From a virus: a DNA stretch of 64,000 nt. Under the pieces are notes generated by a model that saw only the letters and a list, made by a program, of their open reading frames with translations, was not told the DNA's origin and made no database searches. Shown in pieces: positions 18,211 to 28,738 of the stretch (its first letter is position 1; each line of letters opens with the position of its first letter). Position numbers and translations under genes: made by a program. The DNA lies in UHGV virus genome UHGV-1342921. One strand, written 5' to 3'.

Positions 18211-18846
18211 TTATTCATATTTGATATAGATATCCCCAACAGTCATTCCAGTAATTTTACCAACAGCTTCAGTTCCAGCCTTTATTGTCTTCCCTTTAAC
18301 AGGGATTCCATCTTTGTTAAAGTAGACCCATGACTCTGAACTTCCTACTGTCCTTGGTGTAAAAGTTGAAGTGCTGGCGTTGTAAGAAGCAAGAGACGTG
18401 CTAGAGGCTTCGATTCCTTTTTGTTTTATGTTCATACGAATCTGCCTTACATTGGAGGCAGTGACATTGTCTTTAGGATTATAGACAAAGCTCATAACAC
18501 AACCGGCTTCGCTGTCTTTATCTCCGGCAACAGCTCCAACGCTTAATGTGCCTCCATTAACACTTTCCATTCCTATAACCGGGAAATAGTGTTGTGAATC
18601 TGGAGATGGATTGGCTCTATATAGACAACATCTCTCTTTTGAGTTATAGTAGCTATAAGAGTCTGTCTTGACGTAGGCCTTTTGGTTAATCTGCCCCGTC
18701 ATTGTTCCGCCAGATAGAGGAAGATATGGAAGATGCTCGGCATCTCCCTTTGATAAATAAATATTGCTTGCGTCTGCCTTTGATAAATATAAGGCATCAC
18801 AGCACTCTCTCAAAGCATGGAGTCCATTCTCGTTTAAAAAGGCCAT
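18211..18846 (-). CDS. Tail fibre-like protein. The start is revised to MAFLNENGL.
   Basis: The RBS GGAGGA sits before the ATG at 18846. The N-terminal MAFLxxxGL motif is shared. The C-terminus is GDIYIKYE. Confidence 0.5.
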   Translation of the reverse strand: MAFLNENGLHALRECCDALYLSKADASNIYLSKGDAEHLPYLPLSGGTMTGQINQKAYVKTDSYSYYNSKERCCLYRANPSPDSQHYFPVIGMESVNGGTLSVGAVAGDKDSEAGCVMSFVYNPKDNVTASNVRQIRMNIKQKGIEASSTSLASYNASTSTFTPRTVGSSESWVYFNKDGIPVKGKTIKAGTEAVGKITGMTVGDIYIKYE

Positions 18847-18861
18847 TTTATCCTCCGTTTT

Positions 18862-18905
18862 ACAAATAAAAAAGGAGTGGAGGAAACAACGTCGCTCCAC
18901 TCCTT
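18862..18905 (-). terminator. Rho-independent terminator (minus strand)
   Basis: An 11-bp perfect stem AAGGAGTGGAG / CTCCACTCCTT lies at 18872-18882 and 18895-18905. An A-run at 18864-18871 gives the U-tract on the minus strand. Confidence 0.65.
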
Positions 18906-18957
18906 CTTTAGATTTCATTTCTATATTATAACAACTTTACGGCACTTTTATTCAAAG

Positions 18958-21213
18958 TTAAGAGAATAAACCATTGATTGTTGCCTCGGGTATGGCGCTA
19001 TAAGTTGTGTTAGTATCTGTGTTTACAGAGGTGTATGTCCTATTTACAATAGAAGTGACCCTTCCGTATGAGTCAACCGTTATCTGTGGAACAGAAATAG
19101 TCGTGCCGTTCGTGCCGTTCACGTTCGCAGAAGGCCCGTAGGAGCCACTGGTGACGCCAGAAGAGCTTAAGCTGAAGGTTGTACCGCTTAAAGTCAGACC
19201 GGTTCCAGCATGATATTGGGTGTCTGTGTTCGTGTTCGGAGGCGTTGCCCATGTGCCGTCGCACCTTAAATAACGGTCGTTCGCACCTGCTGAAGGAGCA
19301 GGAGCATAACCAGCTATACCTGAATAAGAAGCGGTGCTACCAGTCAACTGCCTCCAAGTGTCTGTAAACACGGCATTTGCAGGGACCGTCTTGTTAAGAG
19401 AATATGAGCAGGCTGTGGGTTTGCCATCGCTAAAATAGACAGGAACAGTTCCACTACCAGCTGAAGTTGAAAGTTTAGTCGCTGTAGTCGCGCTACCAGC
19501 AGTGGTTGCGCTGCTTGCGCTACCGGCTGAAGTGGCATACCTTACGCTCTTCGTAGAGTCAGCGGTGTTGTCAACATTTCCAAGACCGACGTCTGTTTTT
19601 GTAGGCTTATCATCGCTTGTATATATCTTATACCAATCGCCCCAAGCAGCGGCACTTAAATCTGCGCTTCTTAAAGCAAGGCGAGGATGAGCGTCTGTGT
19701 TGTATCCGAAAGCAAGCTGATATCCGTTTCCTCCAGAGGTCTCGCTCCAAGGAGCTACAGACATAAGTCCACAGTATGTCCCGCCAAAACCAGTTGGAGA
19801 TCCAATTGTTGAAACGCCTTTAAATTCAGCTGTGATACTACTCTTTGTGAAAGACTCATCTTTAGGTTTTGAATTAACGTCTCGTGTATCTTTGAACTTT
19901 AATTCGCTTGATTCATTGGCAATAGAAGTATAACCAGCACTATTCGCGTAATTGACAGAAGCATTTGAATAAGGAGTACATGCGACAGGAACTCCGTTGC
20001 TGAAATATACCGGGGTTGTAATTCCACCAGCATTTGTATTTAATTTATTTGCAGAGGTCGCAGCGCCTCCCGGGGTTGAAGACCCAGCATAGTTATGCTC
20101 GTGACCTACCGCACTTGCACCAACGTCGCTTGCTGTCAACACAATATTAGAAATAAGGGCTTTGTTGTTGACAGTTCTCGAAGTCGGCACGTAGTTTGCA
20201 AACTTCTCGTTGAGGATCCTACCTTGGTTGGCAGAAAGAGATTGGTCTTTCGCTGTTGAGGTAAGATTATCAACACATGGCCTCCAGGTGTCTGTCGTCT
20301 TGGAGTCGGTTGAAGTGATTGTGATGACACCGTTGGCGTCCGCCGAGACTGTTGTGGCTCCAGCGCCTTTGATCTGATGAGAGTTCCTGACTCCACCGTT
20401 CTCAACCAGGTTCAAGAAGGTTGTGCCGTTTGCGGTTGCAGAATTGGCAACGGCAGAGCTAGAGGTTCCCACAATAAGATTTGAAGTGTAGTGGGTATCC
20501 GCGCCAGGAATACCAAGAGCAGTGATATCTGACTTCGTAACGGCAGTGGCTCCTGTAACGTGGCCTGCGTCGTTTGTGGTTATCTTGTATAGACCACTGG
20601 CATATGCTGAACCGTGCTTGTCAGCGTGGGCCTTTGCCGCCGATGCCCAAGAGTGAGCCTCGGCACCTAGATTACCCTGATATGCAGTGGAAGAAGTTGT
20701 GCCGAGAGCGAGGGAGTCCGAGATGACAACATATTTTGAGCCACCCCAGCGATAGATTTTATTAGTAGAGGTGTCAGTGTAAATCTTCCCTGTCTCGCCT
20801 GCCGTTGGGAAGTTGTCAACACTGTCATACTCAAGAACGTCGTCAACATAGCTAGGAAGAAGGCCGGAAGGAATCTCTCCTGTCAGTTGAGTACCAGCAT
20901 TGACTTGTCCGCCAATCTCACTGAAATTGTAGCTTGGCTTGCTAGAAGCCTTGGCCCAAGAGTAGACGTCCGAAGCGGGCATGCTTGAAGGGAAGTCACT
21001 TATCTTACTCTTGGTAATAGATGGGATATCGTTCGCAACAAGCTTGCGGAAAGTGGCAGGTCCAGCAGCGCCGTTAGGGCCAGCAAGGACTGTGTTGGCA
21101 GTCCTGCTTTCGTTCATATTTAAATATTGAGTGTGAGAGTGAGATTTAGGAGCATACCTATTGTCACACCCAGATAGAAAAGTCTTTAGTCCATCCAAGT
21201 CAAGGAAAGCCAT
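18958..21213 (-). CDS. Tail fibre protein (751 aa), mosaic
   Basis: The N-terminus is MAFLDLDGLKTFLSGCD. An internal module [46 protein letters not shown] and the C-terminus TNTTYSAIPEATINGLFS are both shared with the 21370 gene. Confidence 0.6.
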   Translation of the reverse strand: MAFLDLDGLKTFLSGCDNRYAPKSHSHTQYLNMNESRTANTVLAGPNGAAGPATFRKLVANDIPSITKSKISDFPSSMPASDVYSWAKASSKPSYNFSEIGGQVNAGTQLTGEIPSGLLPSYVDDVLEYDSVDNFPTAGETGKIYTDTSTNKIYRWGGSKYVVISDSLALGTTSSTAYQGNLGAEAHSWASAAKAHADKHGSAYASGLYKITTNDAGHVTGATAVTKSDITALGIPGADTHYTSNLIVGTSSSAVANSATANGTTFLNLVENGGVRNSHQIKGAGATTVSADANGVITITSTDSKTTDTWRPCVDNLTSTAKDQSLSANQGRILNEKFANYVPTSRTVNNKALISNIVLTASDVGASAVGHEHNYAGSSTPGGAATSANKLNTNAGGITTPVYFSNGVPVACTPYSNASVNYANSAGYTSIANESSELKFKDTRDVNSKPKDESFTKSSITAEFKGVSTIGSPTGFGGTYCGLMSVAPWSETSGGNGYQLAFGYNTDAHPRLALRSADLSAAAWGDWYKIYTSDDKPTKTDVGLGNVDNTADSTKSVRYATSAGSASSATTAGSATTATKLSTSAGSGTVPVYFSDGKPTACSYSLNKTVPANAVFTDTWRQLTGSTASYSGIAGYAPAPSAGANDRYLRCDGTWATPPNTNTDTQYHAGTGLTLSGTTFSLSSSGVTSGSYGPSANVNGTNGTTISVPQITVDSYGRVTSIVNRTYTSVNTDTNTTYSAIPEATINGLFS

Positions 21214-21369
21214 AGATTCTTATCCTCCTTTATTCCCCACCTCTTTTAGAGGTAGAGTAAATCTAAAAATCAAATTTATCGCATCCTCCGATAGAGCGGG
21301 GATAACGGAGCCATATAACTTATGGTTATAGAGAGAAGAGGCTTAATTCGCCCCTTCTCTCTATTTTTT

Positions 21370-24300
21370 TTATTTGAACAATGCGTTGATATCTGTATCA
21401 GAAATTTTACTATACGTAGTGTTTGTGTCTGTGTCTGTCAACGCAATAGTCGCATTGCCGGACTGGTTTAAAGTGAACGAGCCTTTTGAGACACCGTTCT
21501 GGGTTATCGTGATAGTGCCGTTCCCCACGTTTGGGATCGTAGGCTTGTTGCTTAAGTCGTTATAGCTACCAGACGTGGCGACAGTCGAGAACGAAGGCTT
21601 GCCGGACACGTTGCCCCAAGCAACCGAATTTGCCGTCGACGCAGTGCCCGCACTGGTGGCACAAGAGGCCAAGCTACTTGTATAAACAGGCGTCACAGAA
21701 GCTACGAATGTTCCAAGACCAAACTGGAAGTACTTTGTTCCAGCAACATCAATCAGTGTTACAGAAGGAGACTCGTAATCTCTAACCGGCTTATAGTAAA
21801 GTTCATAAGCATTGGAAGAGTTCTTGACAGCAACGACATTGCTTGCATAATCTAAACTGTTGAGCGACACCCAAGTAAGGATTCCGGAACCAAGAGTCCC
21901 TGCGGTGCCACCATTTCTAAACTCAAACTTTAATAAACCTAAAACAGAAGCACCTTCTGTCATACCGAATGACAGAGTGCCCGAGCAATAATCCCAAGCA
22001 GGGGCAGACGACAAATCAATAGTAGCAAACTTCAAGTACTTACCCTTGTCTGTATTACTGTTTGAGCGTAGGATTATCTGCTTGTTTATATAAGTTGTTT
22101 TAGAAGTTCCGTCACCTTTAACAAGAGAAAGCGATTGTCCGTCCGAACCTATATCTTTAAGGTACGTCTTATGAATCGGGTTTCCGCCTGCGTCGTTCGT
22201 CGCTTTTGTGGCGTAGTTGACGGAGGCACTTGAGTAAGGCGTGCAAGCAACTGGGATGCCATTGCTAAAGTACACAGGGGTTGTTGTACCGCCTGCGTCA
22301 GTATTCAGCTTGTTTGCCGAAGTTGCAGGTCCACCAGCCGAAGATGAGCCTGCGTAGCTATGGCTGTGACTTGCAGGAGCGTAAACAGACTTGTCGGTAT
22401 AAGCAGCGCTTCCAAGTCCCTTGACTGCAATATCTGTAGTCGTTCCACCTGCATTGACGCTTATTGTGCCGTTTGTGGTTCCCGAGTCAATAGCCCTAAC
22501 ACCTGCGTTGCTGATCTGTGTACCTGAAATTGAAATTCCAGTACCAGCTGTATAGGTTGTATTGGTAGGCGTAGCCCATGTGCCGTCTCCGCGAAGGAAC
22601 GACACTCTCTCTCCAGATGTTGGAGCGGGAACCAATCCATGTACGCCATTAGCACTTGAGGTGGCACCCTTCATGTCGGAGTAGGTCGTGTTATCGTCTG
22701 TTCTCCAAGCAGGCACTCCGTTGGCGTCTGTCTTCCAAACCTTGTTGGCTTGTCCGGCACCGGAGGCGACATAACCTTCACTACTTGCAGAGTTGGCTTT
22801 CCAGGTGTTAGTGTCTGTCAGTTTTGATCCAGCAGGCACGTCCATTCCAAGAGAGTAGGAGCAAGCTGTAGGCGTTCCACCATTGAGATATATACCCTTT
22901 GTTGAGCTTCCTACAGTAGCAGAACCAAGTTTTGTCGCGGTTGTTGCCGAAGTTGCAGTCTTGGCAGAGTTGACATTTGCATTTGCGATATCGGTTATCT
23001 CTGCTATTGTGTGAGTGTGAGCAGACGGAGTGAATGTCCCAGGCTTGCCTGTAACACCACTCCACGGCACACTAGAAGCAGAGCCAGCCGTGTACTCCAT
23101 GTAACCCTTCGAGTTGGAGAGGTTGGCCGTGTCAACGACGATATACATTGTGCCGGTGTCAAGACGCTTGACTGTGTCGCCAAGCTGGACAGTAGCGGTC
23201 GTCAAAGCATACATGGCAGTCTGGTCTTTGACTGTCACAAGCCTCTCAAGAGCTCCAGCTGGAAGCCTGTCGATTGAGATTGTGCCGCTTGTGATCTTGC
23301 TTGCATCAAGGCCAGGTATACGCTCTGTGGAAAGCACACCGGAGCTTACCTTGCTGGCATCGACAGAGGTAATCGTCGAGTTGCCGTGGGTGTGAGAGTC
23401 GTTGTTGACGCTGACGTTACCGCTTGAGTCAACAGTGATATCCGTGCCACTCTTGACAAGACCGGCGGTAGAGGAAGTTGCGATTCCATATGTATGGTCG
23501 TTCTCGGCTCCCCATGTCGCTGTGCCGTCTGCACTCCAACGTAGAATCTGCCCTGAACTGCCCCCCGAGGGGATATGCTTGTTCCCGCTTGATGTCGGGT
23601 GAACGTAGTTGTTTGCATTGGTTGCTATGCCGTCTAGCTTACTCTTGTCAGAGGACGACATAAAGCCATTGGCTGATGTGGTCGCAGCAGAGTGAGTGTG
23701 GTTGCCAGAAGCAACTGTATTAGCAGAAGTTCCGACAGGAAGACGTCCGTAGGCGACGGTGCCTTGAGAGATGTTGTTGGCGTTAAGGTTCGTCAAGGAA
23801 CCTGCTTCGCCAGAGAAACTAGAAGCCGTCACCTTCTTGGGGAAGATTGCATTCTGGTCTGCGTCCCAAGAGTAAAGATGGCCGTTGGAGAACATGTAGT
23901 TTGGATCACTCCAGTTGGTGTTGCCATAAATACGGATGTCACCTATTGTAGCGTTAGACGACGCCCATTCAGAGTTTACTTTTGTATAGTAGAAAGTAAT
24001 TCTATAGGCGTAGGTGTTGGACGTTTGACTAGATCCACCACCAAAAGTATATCCAGGCAAACCTATGCAGTTTGGTCCACTCCAACCAGCTACAGGAACG
24101 TTTGTCCTATAAGTCTTAAATGTGGTTTTCGCACCAATAGTAGAATATTCTATGTCAACAGCGACACTATGTCCACTTGTAGACACCCAAAGATATAACA
24201 TTAAAGCATTGGAATAGCGGTCTATTGGGTTTACCGTAATGCGAATCTTATTGGAAAGAGATGGCGTGCCTGGACTCACGGCAGAAGAGTTCCTGCCTAG

Positions 24301-24924
24301 GAACAATCCTCTTTTTGTTTGATTGTCTGTTCCTGCATCTACCCAAGTCTTACCGCCGTCTGTTGTCTTCTCAATAACAATCGCGTCCGCTGGCATGAAA
24401 ATAGTCTTGTTTTCAAGAGAGCCTGAAATTGCACCAGAGTAGATAGGAGGGACGCTTCCTTGAGTGTTCCTACCAGAACCATAACTGTTAACTGCAAATG
24501 CGTCATGATCATGGTTTACCTTCGCATACACATAGTCCGCTTGAGACCTCATGTATGACCATAAAGCAGAGATAGGACGACGAACGAACTCTGCTGTTCC
24601 ATTTACGTCTTGAGCGATATAGTAGTTAGACCCAGATGGAGTCACAGTCGCCGTATCAAGCAGGTTTAACGCTGTGTAAACTCCTATCCTTGTATTATCA
24701 ACTTTATTACCAAGGGCCGTGTTAATTACCTTGTTTTGTACTGGATTTGTAGAGGAGCTCGATAGAGCCGAGTCAACCGTGGTAGCCTTCGTCAAGTCAA
24801 GCCTTTTCCCGTTGGCATCGACATAAAGAGTCGAAGTGTCGGTAGCCACCAGGACGGCACCATCAGTAATTGCCTTCTTATCAACATCGGCCTTCGTGCC
24901 TCTAAAGACTTTTAGTTTTGCCAT
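21370..24924 (-). CDS. Large tail fibre / receptor-binding protein (1184 aa)
   Basis: It shares the modules [46 protein letters not shown] and ATKLG...ACSYSL, and the C-terminus [20 protein letters not shown], with the 18958 gene. The RBS is AAAGGAGG. Confidence 0.6.
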   Translation of the reverse strand: MAKLKVFRGTKADVDKKAITDGAVLVATDTSTLYVDANGKRLDLTKATTVDSALSSSSTNPVQNKVINTALGNKVDNTRIGVYTALNLLDTATVTPSGSNYYIAQDVNGTAEFVRRPISALWSYMRSQADYVYAKVNHDHDAFAVNSYGSGRNTQGSVPPIYSGAISGSLENKTIFMPADAIVIEKTTDGGKTWVDAGTDNQTKRGLFLGRNSSAVSPGTPSLSNKIRITVNPIDRYSNALMLYLWVSTSGHSVAVDIEYSTIGAKTTFKTYRTNVPVAGWSGPNCIGLPGYTFGGGSSQTSNTYAYRITFYYTKVNSEWASSNATIGDIRIYGNTNWSDPNYMFSNGHLYSWDADQNAIFPKKVTASSFSGEAGSLTNLNANNISQGTVAYGRLPVGTSANTVASGNHTHSAATTSANGFMSSSDKSKLDGIATNANNYVHPTSSGNKHIPSGGSSGQILRWSADGTATWGAENDHTYGIATSSTAGLVKSGTDITVDSSGNVSVNNDSHTHGNSTITSVDASKVSSGVLSTERIPGLDASKITSGTISIDRLPAGALERLVTVKDQTAMYALTTATVQLGDTVKRLDTGTMYIVVDTANLSNSKGYMEYTAGSASSVPWSGVTGKPGTFTPSAHTHTIAEITDIANANVNSAKTATSATTATKLGSATVGSSTKGIYLNGGTPTACSYSLGMDVPAGSKLTDTNTWKANSASSEGYVASGAGQANKVWKTDANGVPAWRTDDNTTYSDMKGATSSANGVHGLVPAPTSGERVSFLRGDGTWATPTNTTYTAGTGISISGTQISNAGVRAIDSGTTNGTISVNAGGTTTDIAVKGLGSAAYTDKSVYAPASHSHSYAGSSSAGGPATSANKLNTDAGGTTTPVYFSNGIPVACTPYSSASVNYATKATNDAGGNPIHKTYLKDIGSDGQSLSLVKGDGTSKTTYINKQIILRSNSNTDKGKYLKFATIDLSSAPAWDYCSGTLSFGMTEGASVLGLLKFEFRNGGTAGTLGSGILTWVSLNSLDYASNVVAVKNSSNAYELYYKPVRDYESPSVTLIDVAGTKYFQFGLGTFVASVTPVYTSSLASCATSAGTASTANSVAWGNVSGKPSFSTVATSGSYNDLSNKPTIPNVGNGTITITQNGVSKGSFTLNQSGNATIALTDTDTNTTYSKISDTDINALFK

Positions 24925-25002
24925 TTGAGAGGTGTCCTTTCACTTTTGTATAACCCCTAGCAACAGGGATATTCAGACAAAAGATTCTTGTTCCCAGGAG
25001 TT

Positions 25003-25037
25003 ATAAAAAAAGCGGAGGGCGGTTTCCCGCCCTCCGC
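25003..25037 (-). terminator. Rho-independent terminator (minus strand)
   Basis: A perfect 11-bp stem GCGGAGGGCGG / CCGCCCTCCGC lies at 25012-25022 and 25027-25037 with a 4-nt loop. An A-run at 25004-25011 gives the minus-strand U-tract. Confidence 0.75.
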
Positions 25038-25076
25038 CATTAAGAGAGAAAAAATGAAAAGCGGAAGGCTCTTTCT

Positions 25077-26348
25077 CTACTCGCCTAGATCCTCCCACGA
25101 AATAAGATCATCGGCATATTTCTTGGCATTGGCCTCGGCTGTGTCAGCCTTGGACTTTGCGTCAGAAGCAGCAGCGGTGATGGCAGCTTGCTTGGCCGCA
25201 TCTGCCTTTGTGGTAGCGTCAGTCGCAGCGGCAGCTTGAGCCTTGGCAGCTTCGCCAGCAGCATCGAAAGCAGTTGTGTTGACATAAGCGGCGCTACCTA
25301 GACCATGAACCTTGACGTCCTTGCCGTTGACTGCGATTGTGCCGTTAGCGGTGCCCTCGGCGACAGACTTAACGGGAAGCTCAACCCTTGTGACAGTGAT
25401 GACACCGTCTGTCTGGGAAACGGCGGACACATAGTTGTCAGCAACGGCAGCGTCAGCCTTGTCGAGAGCCTGAATCTTGGCAAGAGAGTCGGCCTTGGCA
25501 GCGGTTAGAGCGTCGTTGGCCTTGCCCTCGGCGAAAGCCTTTGTGGCGTAGTCGGTGAGGTCAACCTTGGAGTCGCCGACAAGCTCGAACTTGCCGTTGA
25601 CAAGCATGTACTCCTTGTAGTTAGAAGCCTCGGAGCCTTCACCGGTGCCGACCATGTAGATGGTGTCCTCGTTGGCCTCGCTGACATCAGGAAGCGCGGT
25701 GACAATCTGACGCTTCAGGTGGTGGGCACCAGCAACGGCAGTCTGGATGGCGGTATCAGTCTGTGTCTTTGTGTAGGCGTCAGCGATGCCATAACCGGCA
25801 AGAGTGGTGGCCTTTGTGGCCTTCTTGGCAATCTCACCCTCAAGAGTGGTCTTGGCTGTGTCGGTGTAAGCCTTGGCATCAGAGAGAGCCTTGCTGATAG
25901 AGCCAACGCCAGTGCCGTTGATGACACCGATGGCGGCTTCGTTGGCACTAGCCTTGGCCTCGACGGCGGCTAGACGGTCATTGAGCTTGCCAGCGTCGAG
26001 CTTGCTGATTTCAGTGGCGACATAGTCGACGACAGCCTTTGTGGTGGCCTGCTCGTCAGCGGAGCCCTTGCCTGTAATGGAAGCGGGGGCAGGCTTGACG
26101 ATGGTGACAAATGCTGTGCCGTTCCAGTACTTGGCAGAACCATCCTTGGTGTTGACATAGATGGTGTTGACCTCACCTGTGACAGGATAAGTCGTGCAAG
26201 TCTCATATAGACCGCCAGTGAAGGGAACGTCGCCCTTGTAGATCCTACGAGAGTCTGTAATGAAATAGAGGGTTGAAGCGGAATGCTCTGCTAAACCGTT
26301 GTACTTGGATAGAGAGCAAGAAACAAATTTAACTGCACTGGTAGCCAA
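25077..26348 (-). CDS. Tail / baseplate structural protein with an Ala-rich coiled coil. Probable TTG start.
   Basis: An RBS AAAGGAG precedes the TTG. The internal module HHLKRQIVTALPDVSEANEDTIYMVGTGEGSEASNYKEYMLVNGKFELVGDSK is paralogous to one in the 26816 gene. Confidence 0.5.
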   Translation of the reverse strand: MATSAVKFVSCSLSKYNGLAEHSASTLYFITDSRRIYKGDVPFTGGLYETCTTYPVTGEVNTIYVNTKDGSAKYWNGTAFVTIVKPAPASITGKGSADEQATTKAVVDYVATEISKLDAGKLNDRLAAVEAKASANEAAIGVINGTGVGSISKALSDAKAYTDTAKTTLEGEIAKKATKATTLAGYGIADAYTKTQTDTAIQTAVAGAHHLKRQIVTALPDVSEANEDTIYMVGTGEGSEASNYKEYMLVNGKFELVGDSKVDLTDYATKAFAEGKANDALTAAKADSLAKIQALDKADAAVADNYVSAVSQTDGVITVTRVELPVKSVAEGTANGTIAVNGKDVKVHGLGSAAYVNTTAFDAAGEAAKAQAAAATDATTKADAAKQAAITAAASDAKSKADTAEANAKKYADDLISWEDLGE

Positions 26349-26365
26349 TTTAATCTCCTTTAACT

Positions 26366-26803
26366 TTACGCAGGGATGTCTTCCCATTGAGTCATGTTTG
26401 CGACTGCTAGGTATTTGGATAAAACGCTATCCCATTTATATATAACGTCTTCGTCGACGTATAGAGTGTTATCTGACCCGACTTTAGGAAAATCTTCCAA
26501 AGAACCACAAAAGATAGGGTTAAGGTTCTCTGGGGTCAGTTGCCACCATCCATCCTTACCGTAAGACCAAAGGATGTGTGTCTCTTGCACATAGTAAGTC
26601 CCTTGAACAGGAGCAAGCATTGCCGTCCTATCAGCTTCGGTGTCAAGGATGGTGAGGTTTGAATATGAAACCCTCAAGCCATGAGAGTCCATATATATGG
26701 TGTGGGAATCTCTTACAAAAATCATCTGTCCTGTGACGACGGGGATGGTAGAGAGCTTCCCCTCTGTTGTCTCGTACAGTTTTACAATAGAGTTGTTTGG
26801 CAT
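26366..26803 (-). CDS. Hypothetical structural protein (145 aa)
   Basis: This is a tracked ORF. It is operon-packed. Confidence 0.45.
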   Translation of the reverse strand: MPNNSIVKLYETTEGKLSTIPVVTGQMIFVRDSHTIYMDSHGLRVSYSNLTILDTEADRTAMLAPVQGTYYVQETHILWSYGKDGWWQLTPENLNPIFCGSLEDFPKVGSDNTLYVDEDVIYKWDSVLSKYLAVANMTQWEDIPA

Positions 26804-26815
26804 CTCCCCTCCTCC

Positions 26816-27712
26816 TTATTCGACATAGGTTATTGTAAGAGCTTCTGTTATTTTATTTGTGACATAATCTGTCACTTTTATCTGCTTGCCGTTCTCGTCC
26901 TTACCGGTGTCGCCGATAATGGTATCTATAATGGAGCCAGCAGTAGAGCTGAAGAAGCCGTCAACATAAGCCTTGGCTTCACCCAATGCGTCGTCCGCCT
27001 TGATCTTGGCGTACTTCTTTGCCTCGACAAGAGAAGCGTCGACTTCATCTTTTGTGGCAAAGTTGGAAGTGTCGATCTCATTGTCGCCAAGCTTCTCGAA
27101 CTTGCCTTCGACAAGGACGTACTCGTCGTAAGACTGATGCCCGGCCTCGTCTGGGTTGGCTTTCGGCACCATGTAAATGACGGTCTCGCTTGCCTCTTCA
27201 ACTGGCGGTAGCTCTTCGACTATCTTCCTTGTGATATGGCCGACGCTCGCTACAAGAGCCTTGGCTTCATCATAGGAGATCTTTGTGGACAACTTGCCGT
27301 CTATGTCCTGTTTGAGTTCGTCAATCGCAGGCCCGATTTCAACGTCGTCAAAGATCATCTTGAAGTCTGTGCCGTTGAAGATATAACCCTTGCCGTCAGA
27401 GGTGTTCAGATAGACAACGCCTTGCTCGGCGTTCTCTTTCTCGGGAAGCACTTCGACGGGTTGAACGTAGTTCTTCACAAGAGCAGTGTTGACGTTCAGC
27501 TTGTCAAGTGTAAGATGGCCTTCTGTGCCGTTTATGACATATGAATCAAAACTGCCGTCCGCGTTGCGAACTTTTATTGTCTGACCTGGATACGCTTTCC
27601 CGCTTGAAAGGTAGGTATTCGCACCATCAATAGACTCATGGACTTCCGAAGCGTCTAAAGGTATTGGGTTCAAACGTTCGTAAGACCTAAACGTCGATAC
27701 TGTAGCGCTCAT
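26816..27712 (-). CDS. Structural protein paralogous to the 25077 gene
   Basis: The module HITRKIVEELPPVEEASETVIYMVPKANPDEAGHQSYDEYVLVEGKFEKLGDNE is shared with the 25077 gene. Confidence 0.5.
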   Translation of the reverse strand: MSATVSTFRSYERLNPIPLDASEVHESIDGANTYLSSGKAYPGQTIKVRNADGSFDSYVINGTEGHLTLDKLNVNTALVKNYVQPVEVLPEKENAEQGVVYLNTSDGKGYIFNGTDFKMIFDDVEIGPAIDELKQDIDGKLSTKISYDEAKALVASVGHITRKIVEELPPVEEASETVIYMVPKANPDEAGHQSYDEYVLVEGKFEKLGDNEIDTSNFATKDEVDASLVEAKKYAKIKADDALGEAKAYVDGFFSSTAGSIIDTIIGDTGKDENGKQIKVTDYVTNKITEALTITYVE

Positions 27713-27715
27713 TAA

Positions 27716-28720
27716 CTACCTCCCCTCAAGAGTGAACTCGAATGTCATTCCGGTCGTTGGAGAACAAGCGACCTGAAGACAATAAACGTCATATTCTGAT
27801 GCAGTATACCCATCTACACCCTCAACCATTGCGGTTGTTTTGTCAAAACAGTCAAGAATTTCAGATTCTCCTGCTTCAAGATAAACGGCGTTTGTGACGA
27901 CAACGGAACTCGGCACACACAACATAACCCACTTTTGTCCAGGCTCCATCTTGACCTGCACGGCACTCTTGTCTTCAATGTCAGGGCCAGACGGCAAACC
28001 TCTCACAAAAGCAGATGTGATTTCTTCAGGGGGATCGTCGATTCCGCCTCCGTGGAACATCGCTTTTATAGGAATGTAAACGAGCGGTTTTGAAGCTATT
28101 TGACCAGCTTCTATCTTGTTTGTGCCGTCTTCCTCGCCGAGGTTGTTGAGCTTGAGGTCGCTTGCCTCATAGGATGCTTGCACATCGAACGACGTCTTCT
28201 CCTCAAGCCTGAACTCCGGGATGTGCTGTTCGATTGTGTCCTTGAACGCGCCGTATATCTTGTCGCCGTTTTCAAGGACGTCTATCGAGACAAGCCTGCC
28301 AGCCTCGTTGCGAGTGAACGCAGCTTCTATCGTCGGCGAAAGGACTGTGCCGATTTCGTATCTGCCTGGCTTGTCGTCAGACGTCACTTCTGCAACCAGT
28401 TCAGGCTTCTTATACTCGGGGTGGACGGCTCTTTTGACGAGCTTCTCAAGGAACTGCTCGAACGACAAGCCTGTCTTCAGCGTGTCGCCATCCTCTATCC
28501 CGCCGATAAAACCGTTGCTTCCCAAGTTGACTTCTATCTCGTTCTTTGTCCTATCGTCGTAGCCAAGGGGTATGGCGTTCTTGTCTGCGTCGATGTAATA
28601 AAGAACGTTCTCGTCAGAAGAGACTACGAAGTCGTTCTCGTTGACCTTGCCTTTCTCGATGTTGGCCTGAATCTTCTCGGTCGGCCCGTGGAAGAAGGAG
28701 ATTTTTTTATCTACAGCCAT
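27716..28720 (-). CDS. Hypothetical structural protein (334 aa)
   Basis: This is a tracked ORF. Confidence 0.45.
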   Translation of the reverse strand: MAVDKKISFFHGPTEKIQANIEKGKVNENDFVVSSDENVLYYIDADKNAIPLGYDDRTKNEIEVNLGSNGFIGGIEDGDTLKTGLSFEQFLEKLVKRAVHPEYKKPELVAEVTSDDKPGRYEIGTVLSPTIEAAFTRNEAGRLVSIDVLENGDKIYGAFKDTIEQHIPEFRLEEKTSFDVQASYEASDLKLNNLGEEDGTNKIEAGQIASKPLVYIPIKAMFHGGGIDDPPEEITSAFVRGLPSGPDIEDKSAVQVKMEPGQKWVMLCVPSSVVVTNAVYLEAGESEILDCFDKTTAMVEGVDGYTASEYDVYCLQVACSPTTGMTFEFTLEGR

Positions 28721-28738
28721 TATGAAAACCTCCCCTCT

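Noticed and set aside
18958-24924. Diversity-generating retroelement (template/variable repeat) in the fibre genes
   Set aside because: The repeated modules differ at many positions, not only adenines. No reverse transcriptase or template repeat is present in the window. Ordinary mosaic recombination explains the pattern.
25719-25973. Gly-rich plus-strand ORFs antisense to the Ala-rich structural gene 25077..26348
   Set aside because: They are complementary-strand artefacts of a GCN-rich coding sequence.
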